20,202 nt of DNA, from contig CALKOM010000118.1 of assembly GCA_938091905.1 (NCBI GenBank), positions 1-20,202 of the forward strand. Reading direction: 5' to 3'. Positions within the stretch are counted from its first letter, which is position 1, and each line of letters begins with the position of its first letter. The position numbers were made by a program, and so were the translations under genes. This DNA is from an uncultured Verrucomicrobiales bacterium. GTDB lineage: Bacteria; Verrucomicrobiota; Verrucomicrobiia; Verrucomicrobiales; DEV007. Positions 8,284-17,460 of the stretch are shown in pieces. Under the pieces are notes generated by a model that was not told the origin of the DNA, searched no databases, and saw only the letters and a list, made by a program, of their open reading frames with translations.

Positions 8284-10083
8284 TCAGGATAATCGATCAC
8301 ACGCGTCTCGTACGATCCATCCGCTATTCTCCAGCGCCTGACGAGCGACATCTTCATCGACCCCCGTGATGTCACCCACGATACGAGTGGCCCGCTTGCG
8401 GAGCTTGGCGTTCGATGGGTTGAGATCGATCATGTGATTACTAAGCACTTTGCCTGAATTAGTCATGGCTAGTGTCGTGATCATATTCAGGATCAACTTG
8501 GTCGCGGTGCCCGCCTTGAGGCGGGTCGAACCGGTAAGAATCTCCGGCCCGGTATCTGGAGCGATGACCTGGTCCGGCAAGGGATGATCTTTGTAGCCAG
8601 GGTTGCAACACAGAAGGACGGCAGCCGCACCTCGATCTTTCGCTTCTTGAAGGCAGCCCCAAACGAACGGGGCATACGCACTCGCAGAAATGCCAATCAC
8701 CATATCGAGAGCCCCCACATGCCGCATCTCTACGGCGCGCGCCCCCGCGCTATGATCGTCTTCCGCCCCCTCCGCCGCTGACCAGAGTGCCGAGCGACCG
8801 CCGGCGATGATTCCCTGGACCTGGTCATACGAAACGCTGAAGGTCGGCGGACACTCACTGGCATCTAGCACTCCCAAACGCCCGCTCGTTCCGGCACCAA
8901 CGTAAATAAGACGCCCCCCAGCTGCAAAGGCCCGAACCACGCGATGAATAGTCCACGCGATGGCTTTGGATTCCTCCGCGATAGCGTCAGCAATGGTGGC
9001 ATCAGCCGCCAGCATCAGGTCAATCCCCTCGTTGATCGATAGATCCGATAGCGCGGTAGAATCGGGGTGCCGTTTCTCTGTCGGGGCCGCAGCCACCGGT
9101 CGCCAGGCTTCCGCCAACGGTATTTCAGTAGTCGGGGGCGCGGGTTCTGCAAATGCATCGGTGCTGGATGCTCTAGCTAAGGCAATCGCTCCCCAAACGC
9201 TTGGCTCTGCTAGGGGCGTGACGACAGCGTTGGGGCAAAGAAATCGAAGTTGTTCAGCGACTTGATTTTGAAAATCAGGATTCTTCAGGAGCACAGCCCC
9301 GTTGAAGATAAACTGGACGGATTCGCCATCTTTCAAAAGGCGCTTCGCACCGGCCTTCGCATCTTCACAAAGATTAGCTGCTGCTCGCGAAAGCACCTCG
9401 CTAGCAATCGGATCGCTACGGAACGTCGCCGCATGAAAGACAGGCACGGCAACGCTAGCCAGCTCGTTCTTGGGCGCGACGAGCGACCAATCGATCAGGT
9501 CTTCAGGCTCGTTCATCTGCAAGTAGGTCAGGATGTCTGAACCCAACAGAGGCCAGGCATTCTCCAAATCGTACGTGGCCATGAGGGTGCGCAAGGCATC
9601 CTGAGCAATGTCACAGGCACTGGCGCGATCTCCGAGGATATGGCCCCGGCCACCCAGCTTGGCTGCTTCTCCGTCCCGGCGACGCCCGGCCACGCAGGAC
9701 CCTGTGCCGCTTAGAACGAGCACTTGCACCGCACAGGATTCCTCCCATTCGGCTGCCTCTAGCGCTGTAATCAAATCGTCTGACGTCGCACAGAGGACGC
9801 CCGGCCAAACCGTCGCCACCGCATTGCGAAGACGTTGGTGATCTGGGGCCAGCCGGACCCCTGCTAGTCCGATGCCCACGCGCGTTGGCTGCACTGGAAG
9901 TTGATCATGGATGGCTTGCAGATGGACAGCCAGCTCACCGAGCTCCATCAATCGTAGATTCGCGGGGCCTACCCGGAACGATGCTAGGATAGCATTATTC
10001 TGATCAACAAGTAGAACCGTTGTTCGGGTGCCACCGCCTTCAATTCCGAGGGTGATGTCTGCTCGAGTCGAGTCGGGTTCCAT
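8284..10083 (-). CDS. murQ: Fusion of BadF/BadG/BcrA/BcrD-type (MurK/GlcNAc kinase-like) domain and N-acetylmuramic acid 6-phosphate etherase
   Basis: N-half: GIEGGGTRT, GPAN, GIGLAG, LSGTGS, GGRGHILGD. C-half: TEKRHP, GAGTSGRLGVLDASECPPTF, EGAEDD, GISAS, GPEILTGSTRLKAGTATK, SNAKLRKRA. Confidence 0.93.
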   Translation of the reverse strand: MEPDSTRADITLGIEGGGTRTTVLLVDQNNAILASFRVGPANLRLMELGELAVHLQAIHDQLPVQPTRVGIGLAGVRLAPDHQRLRNAVATVWPGVLCATSDDLITALEAAEWEESCAVQVLVLSGTGSCVAGRRRDGEAAKLGGRGHILGDRASACDIAQDALRTLMATYDLENAWPLLGSDILTYLQMNEPEDLIDWSLVAPKNELASVAVPVFHAATFRSDPIASEVLSRAAANLCEDAKAGAKRLLKDGESVQFIFNGAVLLKNPDFQNQVAEQLRFLCPNAVVTPLAEPSVWGAIALARASSTDAFAEPAPPTTEIPLAEAWRPVAAAPTEKRHPDSTALSDLSINEGIDLMLAADATIADAIAEESKAIAWTIHRVVRAFAAGGRLIYVGAGTSGRLGVLDASECPPTFSVSYDQVQGIIAGGRSALWSAAEGAEDDHSAGARAVEMRHVGALDMVIGISASAYAPFVWGCLQEAKDRGAAAVLLCCNPGYKDHPLPDQVIAPDTGPEILTGSTRLKAGTATKLILNMITTLAMTNSGKVLSNHMIDLNPSNAKLRKRATRIVGDITGVDEDVARQALENSGWIVRDACDRLS

Positions 10084-10129
10084 CGTATCGCCAACATGAT
10101 CGCCGCTCGCAGCGCAAGCAAGCTCTCAA

Positions 10130-10490
10130 AATCAGGCAGTGGTCGATCCGATAATAAGGAGTAGTTGCCCCCGGCAGCCGGACAACATCATTGATGATGA
10201 CTTTCCGGTTCGCGTCGATCCTCACGTTGTCACCCGCTTTCAACGTGCCGTAGGGTTTGCAATCCAGTTGAAAGGTGATCGGACGCCCGGGCCTTTTCTC
10301 AAGCAGGATGATCACCTCCCCTAGCGTGACCGTCAGCGTCGCGTCCGTTTGATTGCGTTTCGGTTTTCACCCACAGTTCCACTAAAAGTTGAGCCCGATC
10401 GACGGTGTCTCGTCTCCTGCACATGAAAATGAATGCCCCACACATGGGCATTGCCCTCACCATTGAGGTTGGAAACAGTGTCAATCTCAG
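10130..10490 (-). pseudogene. Frameshifted remnant of an unknown beta-rich protein
   Basis: DTVSNLNGEGNAHVWGIHFHVQE...GSTFSGTV in one frame, then TDATLTVTLGEVIILLEKRPGRPITFQLDCKPYGTLKAGDNVRIDANRKVIIND in another (shift near 10360). No own start seen; boundaries approximate. Confidence 0.4.
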
Positions 10491-10499
10491 AATTCGCCG

Positions 10500-11078
10500 C
10501 GCGGGCCATCTTGGTAGCTGAGCCTTCGCCTATGGGCGCTACCCGCAACTCTTTGTCCAAGTGCCACCCATTCGTTTCGCGCGACTGCAAAGCGCTCTCT
10601 CCTAGGTTGTCCTTCTTCGAAATATCCGCTCCGCCAACGACAAGTCGGTCCGCGACCGAGGCAACGCTGGTAAAGAATAGGGGCGTGCGTCCTTCGTTAT
10701 CGACGGCGTTAGGATCAGCTCCGAGCAAGAGCAGCAGATCAACCGTCTGGGTGTTGGCAAAGTGGGCACACCTGTGGAGAGCCGTTCCTCCCGTTAGACC
10801 AACCGCGTGATGGACGTCGCGCGCGTTTACTTCGGCTCCCTTTGCAGGCCAGTAGCTTGCCGCAGCGGTATTGTCCCGTTTGCAGGCCTTCCAAAGCCCT
10901 TGGTTCAAGGCGCGCTGCGACAATTCGCCATGGTTGACGCTGCAGCGCTCGGAACGGCCTGCCAAAGCCCTTGGGTCGAGTTGCGTTGCGACCCGAGGAA
11001 ATGACCAAGCGAGTAGACAAACACGGCAGCCACAAGCACCACGCCGATACCGGAAATGAGATACAGTTTATTCTTCAT
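10500..11078 (-). pseudogene. Membrane-anchored ankyrin-repeat protein, frameshifted
   Basis: ATG 11078 gives MKNKLYLISGIGVVLVAAVFVYSLG (TM helix), then a frame change. Ankyrin motifs GAEVNARD, GGTALHRCA, GADPNAVDNEGRTPLF, GADISKKDNLGESAL lie in ORF 10965-10333. The 3' boundary is approximate. Confidence 0.75.
10885..10992. repeat. Diverged 37-bp direct repeat, offset 71 bp
   Basis: 10885-10921 vs 10956-10992: 31/37 identical. On the minus strand they encode SQRALNQGLWKA and SQRNSTQGLWQA. Confidence 0.8.
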
Positions 11079-11172
11079 AGTCGTTGATTGTTGAGCCTCG
11101 ATGCGACTTCACCCACTTCCTGAGCTGGAAGTGATTCGGGGTTACAGGGAAATGGTGAAATTCGTCTTTTCA

Positions 11173-11455
11173 CTAACCATGATTTGGGTTCCAGCTCAGC
11201 GCCTCGTTGAGGTAACGCATCTCATCCGCGAGGTCATCGGCATGGGGCAGCGTGTTAAAAATCTCGGTCTCAACCGCATTGCGGAAGTCACCGCGAAGGC
11301 GATGAATGGCCACCTTCACAGAGCCTAGCGCATCCGCAGCGTCTGCTTGGGACAGGTTTTCCGTTTCATCGACAAGCCAGGGTTTGAGCGTATCAAACTG
11401 TTTGGTCTTTCCTGCTTCTTTGAAACGCAACTGCACGGCGTTAAGGCTTCGCTCC
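11173..11455 (-). pseudogene. C-terminal (region 4) fragment of an ECF sigma factor
   Basis: ERSLNAVQLRFKEAGKTKQFDTLKPWL...SQADAADALGSVKVAIHRLRGDFRNAVETEIFNTL...DEMRYL resembles the C-half of PVC-type ECF sigmas. Region 2 is absent and an in-frame TAG lies immediately upstream. Confidence 0.8.
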
Positions 11456-11704
11456 TAACATACCGCCTAGGAGTAACGAGGTCATCACGAACAGCGGCGT
11501 GGGAATCGCGGCTCCTACCGCATCCGCTAACCCCATTCCTTCGATACTGATGAGTTCGAGCGCTTCGAGTTCCTCAAAATGAGGCTCGATCTCCTTCTCA
11601 CCCGGCAAGGCACGTCCATCAGCAACGGCCACCAAAGATGCGTCGAACCACTCGACGACAACCCGCCATCCTCGATCGTGGTTGCGACAAAAGCGAAAAT
11701 ACAT
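11441..11704 (-). other. Possible small hypothetical ORF or remnant
   Basis: 87-aa ORF with a protein-like acidic middle (EKEIEPHFEELEALELISIEG); no recognisable family. Confidence 0.2.
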
Positions 11705-12045
11705 CTAGGGCACAACCCTTGAGGGGCGTTTTCAGCAAGATGTCACCCACACTTGGGACAGGTCAGATTGGACCGTAGCGGCATATATTCTGATTCCTGA
11801 GCCACATTCAACTCAAGGTTACAGAACATAGAACGCGAATCACCAAGTATTCGTCCACCTGCTTTGATCGTTCTCCCACGAAGGCGAGACTACAGTCTGA
11901 CGAGCAACTCTCTTTCGCGTAGTCAAAGTTCGACTCTCAAGCCTCTCAGGCTGTAGGGTTGGCGAGCTGGGTATGCTCCGGCTGCCTTATCCTTGAGTCC
12001 CTATTTACCATATAGTAGCTGGGCTATCATCCAAACGGATCTCAC

Positions 12046-15000
12046 ATGAACTTACCTCGTCAGCTCTTCGCTCTACTCGTTCTCTGTTCAATCGGCCCGT
12101 TGCTCGCGGGCTCGGATAGTGTCGTTGTCTTTAACGAGATTCATTATCATCCTGCCCAGGCAGACGACTCCGAATGGATCGAGTTGCACAACCAGATGTC
12201 CGTCGACATCGACCTATCCCGATGGACTCTGACCGGTGGCATTGAGTTTGGCTTTCCGGAAGGCACCATCATTCCGGGACAAGGTTATTTGTTGGTGGCG
12301 GCCAATCCGGATCAGGTCGCCGATGCTCTGGGGCCATTCGAGGGTAAGCTCGACAACAACGGCGAACGACTCCGACTTCTCAGTGCCAGTGGTAGGCTCA
12401 TGAATGAGGTACGTTACAAGGATCGCGGGGAGTGGCCGATCGCTCCTGATGGCACCGGGGTCACCCTGGCGAAAGTCCTTCCGGATGCGACTCCCGGTGA
12501 TGTCAGCGCATGGACCTGGAGCCGGGAACTCGGCGGCACTCCTGGAGAGCAGAACTTTCCTGACATTCCCCTACCATCGGCGTTCGTCATTATCAACGAA
12601 CTGGCCTCGCTCAACGAAGGCGAGTTCTGGGTAGAGCTTCACAATCGCAGCACCACGGACGAAGCTCTTGAGGGGCTCGAGCTTCTCCACGTAACCAGTG
12701 GCACCCGTGTTCCACTTGGTAAGCCGACGCTCTCTCCAGGCGAGTTTCTGAGTGTTTCCGGGTTTCCTCAGGAGATCGCCAGTGGAGATCCGATCGCCCT
12801 CATCGGCAACGACACGGTGTTAGATGCTATTCGAGTTAAGGAGCGCGGCCGCGGCCGCTTTCCAGATGGAAGCATCGACTGGCGATTCGTTTCAGAACCA
12901 ACCACAGGTGGACCTAACAAGAGCGAGGTCCACACGGATATCGTGTTCAATGAAATCTTCTACCATCACCGGCCTCAGTATGCCGATGGCGACGTTCCTT
13001 ACGCGAAAGTCGACGACGAGTGGATCGAACTCTATCATCGTGGCGAGGTCGCCACTGACCTTTCTGGCTGGCAACTCGTTGGCGACATCGAGCATGGTTT
13101 CCCAGAAGGAACGCTTTTAGAACCAGGCGGCTTTCTGGTGGTGAGGAATGACGCCAGCGGCTTTTCCGGAAATCTGCCGAACGGCTCTGGACACCTTATT
13201 TTAGAGGACGCGGCGGGCAATGTAGCCGACGAGGTGCGCTATCATGACGGCGGTGATTGGCCAACCAAAGCCGATGGCGGCGGCTCAAGCCTCGAATTGC
13301 GTGACCCCATGGCCGACAACGCCCACGCCATTGCCTGGGCCGCAAGCGACGAACTCGCGCCCACCTCCTGGCAAGAGATTAGCTATCGGGGGGAGGCTGA
13401 ACGCAGCCGTGTCGGACCAGACAATCAATGGTCAGAACTGGTTATCGGTCTGTTAGGGCGCGGCGAAATTCTTATTGACGACATCCAGGTGGTCGAAGAC
13501 CCCGACGGACAAGGCGCGTTCTTAATCAACAACAGTGCCTTCCAACCGAGCCTCTTTGGGGGGACCTCACTTAGACGTTGGCGCTTACGTGGCAATCATC
13601 GGCACAGCGAGGTCGTTCCCGATCCCGATGATCCAAACAACCAGGTGCTCCGACTCGTCGCGACTGGTCCTGCAGGGCACATGCACAATCACATTGAAAC
13701 AACCCTCGCCGGCGGTGTCCGTATTTCTAACGGGACGACCTACGAGATCCGCTTTCGCGCTCGCGCCCTGAGCGGCACACCTCAACTGCATACAAGGCTG
13801 TATTTCAATCGCTTAGCGAAGAAGCATATCCTCACCACACCAGCGGTTGGAGGCACGCCAGGGCAGCCGAATTCCCAACTCGTGAGCAATCTCGGACCGA
13901 CGCTGAATGACCTAACGCATCACCCGGCTGTTCCTCGTCCGAACGAGACCACGAGAATCGAGATTGCGGCGACCGATCCCGATGGGATTGGCAATGTCAC
14001 TCTCCATTGGTCGACCGACGGCGCCGACTTTCAAGAGAGTGCCATGAATCTTGAAGGCGATCGTTACTCTGCCAGTGTCCCAGCACAGCAAGCTAACGCT
14101 ATTATTCAGTTCTATGTCGAAGCGACTGACAGTGAAGGGGCCGTTTCTCAGTATCCTCGAGAAGGAGCAGACTCCCGCGCGTTGTTTTCTGTGTTAGACG
14201 ACGATCAGTTAGGCAACGATCGCCTCCATCACCTGCGCATCATCATGCATCCAGACGATGTCGATTGGCTTCACGAGCCCATCAACCTGATGAGCAATGA
14301 TCGCGTCCCCGCAACGGTCATTTATCGGGAAGAAGAGATCTTCTACAACGTCGGTGTGCGCCTGAAAGGTAGCGAACGCGGCCGTGTGACGGTGCCTCGG
14401 CTCGGTTACAATGTGAAGTTTCCCAAACAACAGCAGTTCCGTGGTGTCCATGAAACGGTTGCGATCGACCGATCGGAAGGTGTTGGGTTTGGTCAGTTTG
14501 AGATTCTCTTCAATCAGATGATGACGCACTCCGGAGGTATCCCAGCCGAGTACAACGACCTGGTTCAGGTCATCGCGCCGCGTTCGCAATACACAGGACC
14601 AGCCGAACTTCAACTCGCGCGCTATGGTGATCTCTTTCTCGAAACGCAGTTTGAGGACGGCGATGAAGGCAATCTCTACGAATACGAGTTGATCTACTAC
14701 CCCACGACCGATGATGCGGACGGCTACAAACGTCCCAACCCTGACAGTGTCGTAGGAACGCCGGTTCGAAGCCTCGGCGACGATTCTGAAAGCTACCGGT
14801 GGAACTACGAGTTGAAGAACAATCGGCGGCGGGATGACTACGCGCCAATCGTAGCCTACACAAAGCTGTTCTCACTCTCGAACGACGCCTTTCTGGAAGC
14901 CCTCCCGGAATTGGTAGATGTGGATCGGTGGCTGCAAGGCATGGGCCTGGCACTGCTGTCAGGTGCTGGCGATCAGTATGGAGCCAATAGCCAGCACAAC

Positions 15001-15837
15001 GGCATGTTTTATCAGATGCCCAATGGAAAGTTCACCTACTTCCCGCACGACCTGGACTTTGCACACAACGCCTCACGTTCCATCACCGAGAACACTGACC
15101 TGAGGAAGATCCTACGAAATCCCGCCTACGAACGCATCTACCTCGCCCATGTGAACGACATTCTTCTCACCACCTTTAACGAACGCTACATGACCCGCTG
15201 GGCCGAGCATTTCGGAGAGTTGCTTCCCGGTCAAAACTTCGCCTCTCACTTACGCTACGTCATTTCCAGAGCCAATTCAGTCCAATCTCAGGTCCGACGC
15301 GACGCTCCATCCACGGCTTTTTCCCTGCAAACGCCTTCTGATCAGCGCGTCGATACAACGACGATCGAGCTCGAAGGGACGGGCAAGCTCGACCTTCACC
15401 ACTTCCTCCACGTGGAAACCGGCGAGATTTACAGGCCCACCTGGACGAATCTCGACAGTTGGAACCTGTCTTTCCCCCTCACGCCTGGAGAGAACATCAT
15501 CACTCTTCAGGGCCGCAACGTCCTCGGAAGCGAGGGCGGCCTTTTCAACCCGATCGGTCGCGCGTCGATCAACGTCTTCAGTACAGTTCCCTCGATACTG
15601 CCCTTTGAGAAACTAGATCTTCAGCTTGAGAATGGCCAAGCCACGCTCAGTTACAACAGGTTGCAATCGCAGGAAATAGACGCCCTGCTAGAGACCTCAG
15701 AGGACCTCCTAGAGTGGCTTATACTTACACCGGCAGAGACAACTACAACAGCTATTGATGACACTCATGAACGCGTCTTGCTTACATTCCCACTAAGCGA
15801 GACCGAGACAAGGTTTGTCCGGCTCCGCCAACCTTGA
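12046..15837 (+). CDS. Secreted lamin-tail-domain / CotH kinase family protein
   Basis: Signal peptide; three LTD starts (VFNEIHYHP, IINELAS, VFNEIFYHH) with EWIEL/WVEL and (G)TPGxxN ends; Ig-like segment (FYVEATD); CotH motifs NVGVRLKGS, GDQY...HNGMFY, FPHDLDFA; C-terminal ETSEDLLEW...FVRL domain. Confidence 0.92.
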   Translation: MNLPRQLFALLVLCSIGPLLAGSDSVVVFNEIHYHPAQADDSEWIELHNQMSVDIDLSRWTLTGGIEFGFPEGTIIPGQGYLLVAANPDQVADALGPFEGKLDNNGERLRLLSASGRLMNEVRYKDRGEWPIAPDGTGVTLAKVLPDATPGDVSAWTWSRELGGTPGEQNFPDIPLPSAFVIINELASLNEGEFWVELHNRSTTDEALEGLELLHVTSGTRVPLGKPTLSPGEFLSVSGFPQEIASGDPIALIGNDTVLDAIRVKERGRGRFPDGSIDWRFVSEPTTGGPNKSEVHTDIVFNEIFYHHRPQYADGDVPYAKVDDEWIELYHRGEVATDLSGWQLVGDIEHGFPEGTLLEPGGFLVVRNDASGFSGNLPNGSGHLILEDAAGNVADEVRYHDGGDWPTKADGGGSSLELRDPMADNAHAIAWAASDELAPTSWQEISYRGEAERSRVGPDNQWSELVIGLLGRGEILIDDIQVVEDPDGQGAFLINNSAFQPSLFGGTSLRRWRLRGNHRHSEVVPDPDDPNNQVLRLVATGPAGHMHNHIETTLAGGVRISNGTTYEIRFRARALSGTPQLHTRLYFNRLAKKHILTTPAVGGTPGQPNSQLVSNLGPTLNDLTHHPAVPRPNETTRIEIAATDPDGIGNVTLHWSTDGADFQESAMNLEGDRYSASVPAQQANAIIQFYVEATDSEGAVSQYPREGADSRALFSVLDDDQLGNDRLHHLRIIMHPDDVDWLHEPINLMSNDRVPATVIYREEEIFYNVGVRLKGSERGRVTVPRLGYNVKFPKQQQFRGVHETVAIDRSEGVGFGQFEILFNQMMTHSGGIPAEYNDLVQVIAPRSQYTGPAELQLARYGDLFLETQFEDGDEGNLYEYELIYYPTTDDADGYKRPNPDSVVGTPVRSLGDDSESYRWNYELKNNRRRDDYAPIVAYTKLFSLSNDAFLEALPELVDVDRWLQGMGLALLSGAGDQYGANSQHNGMFYQMPNGKFTYFPHDLDFAHNASRSITENTDLRKILRNPAYERIYLAHVNDILLTTFNERYMTRWAEHFGELLPGQNFASHLRYVISRANSVQSQVRRDAPSTAFSLQTPSDQRVDTTTIELEGTGKLDLHHFLHVETGEIYRPTWTNLDSWNLSFPLTPGENIITLQGRNVLGSEGGLFNPIGRASINVFSTVPSILPFEKLDLQLENGQATLSYNRLQSQEIDALLETSEDLLEWLILTPAETTTTAIDDTHERVLLTFPLSETETRFVRLRQP

Positions 15838-16573
15838 CTTTTCCGAATAGGTCGATGTCTGCACAGATCGGCACGGTCACCACGCGATGATTGTGTGAGA
15901 ATCTATCCCGGCTTATCATCCATTCTTATCATTGTCCTAAACAAATGCCTGCTCTTTCATTTATTTGGTAACGATTTCCCGCCGAAACCTTTGACCCACA
16001 CCTCTAGGAGGCGATCTCACAACACCACCCTTTCGGTGCTACGCTAGTAACGGAATCTGCTGCGCTTACGGCGCCTACTTCCGATTGGGTCAAGGGTCTC
16101 GTGCTCCGTGCAGTGTGTCGGGTCGACGGCCACTATGTGATTCACGTCGAGCACACGTCTAATACGAGAACCTGGAAATCCCTACGATTGGTCGAGGAAC
16201 ACGGCGGATCTGAACTCACCATACAAGTAGTGAAACCTCATCGCAATCCGGCCCAAGTTGAAGTAACCGTAGCAAGGAGCGCTGACGCAAGAGAGGCCCA
16301 GACCGCCAGGTTGACCCATGCTCCATCAGAGACTGGGTTGCAGAAACCATCCTTGAAACCAGTGATCTTGCCTTTTAGCAAGAGCGTTCTCCGATAATGG
16401 GTTCCCTTCAACGCTTGTTTTTGTTGGTCACTGCGAGTCTGGTTTTCCCTGGTGAGTAGAGGAATGCGGTGGCGATGGAAGTAGCTAGTCACCGCTCGGA
16501 GGATTTGTGTTCATTCGCGTTCTGAATTTGAACTGCTCGACGATCTGCCACTCTTGCTACAGAGTGCGGTTCA

Positions 16574-16969
16574 ATGATAGGTGGTTGGCTCATTGGCAAG
16601 CTTCTCATGAAGACTTTCGGCGCAGCTGCAGATTCGGTGGGCAAGCCTGCGTTGGGGCAAGCTTTTGGAGAGACGCACGATAAGGACATCATTGTTCCAG
16701 ATGCTCGGTTTCAGAAAGTCATGCCGTTGAGGCAGATAGCGACGCCCCTTCATGCTATGTTTCAGCAGATCGATGGTCTAGACGTAAGCCATGTGGCAAG
16801 AATCGGCCTGTGTCTGAAAGAGTTGCCCATTGGCAAAGAATCCCGTTTCCAGTACCAGGTGAAGGATGCCGGTTCAGTCGTAGAACTTCAGATGACCATG
16901 ACCAAATCTGGACCTGATGAAATAGGCATCGCTTTCAGGACTTCTAAAGCATCATTTCGACGATCATGA
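16574..16969 (+). CDS. Hypothetical protein (may be a remnant)
   Basis: 131-aa ORF with protein-like composition; no recognisable motif. Confidence 0.4.
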   Translation: MIGGWLIGKLLMKTFGAAADSVGKPALGQAFGETHDKDIIVPDARFQKVMPLRQIATPLHAMFQQIDGLDVSHVARIGLCLKELPIGKESRFQYQVKDAGSVVELQMTMTKSGPDEIGIAFRTSKASFRRS

Positions 16970-17003
16970 ACTGCTTCGCAACAGAGAATACGAACCAGTA
17001 GTG

Positions 17004-17460
17004 TTACATTAGGAGTTCGCGCTCATTCAACCACTGCTGAGCACACACTTCGCCGAGTTGATTGAACCGCCGAAGGTATTCTTGGAGATGTGATTGGGTG
17101 GACCACGCTCGCATCTTGTCAGAGATATGGTCCGTCTTCAAGCCTCTCACATCCTCCATGGTGGCGGCTAGGCTCGCCCGATAGTCGCCACCGGAACGGT
17201 GTAAAAACGCAGGGACTTCTTCGGCGACGTCCTAGTCTTTGAGAACAAGCTTTTCGAACCTCATCCCAACCAATTTCTCGATGATGGTTCCATTGTCTTG
17301 GGTGTAGCGCTTGCCCATGGCGAGAACGGTAGCTTACGCACGATCCGCGTCTTCATGATTTCCTGCGTCACGCTGCTCAGAAGGCATCCGATCCGCGCTC
17401 CAGCGCCGGACCGGCGGCTACTTGGCTTGCACATGAGACCGCGGCAACTTAAGCGACTGG
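17004..17460 (-). pseudogene. Remnant of a helical protein with three in-frame stops
   Basis: One frame reads QSLKLPRSHVQAK*...EQRDAGNHEDADRA*ATVLAMGKRYTQDNGTIIEKLVGMRFEKLVLKD*DVAEE...HLQEYLRRFNQLGEVCAQQWLNER. Stops at 17418-17420 (TAG), 17334-17336 (TAA) and 17232-17234 (TAG). Confidence 0.6.

Noticed and set aside
10376..10387. 12-bp match gttccactaaaa to 20067-20078
   Set aside because: Several 12-mer matches are expected by chance in 20 kb.
10885..10992. CRISPR mini-array or DGR template/variable repeat reading of the 37-bp repeat with 34-bp gap
   Set aside because: Only two diverged copies, protein-coding in character, mismatches not confined to adenines, and no cas or reverse transcriptase gene in the window.
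2119..17460. Stop-codon reassignment or Sec/Pyl recoding to explain in-frame stops (e.g. TAG TAG at 6525-6530, TGA at 4913-4915)
   Set aside because: All three stop types interrupt the broken genes, frameshifts accompany them, and intact genes end in TAG, TAA and TGA.
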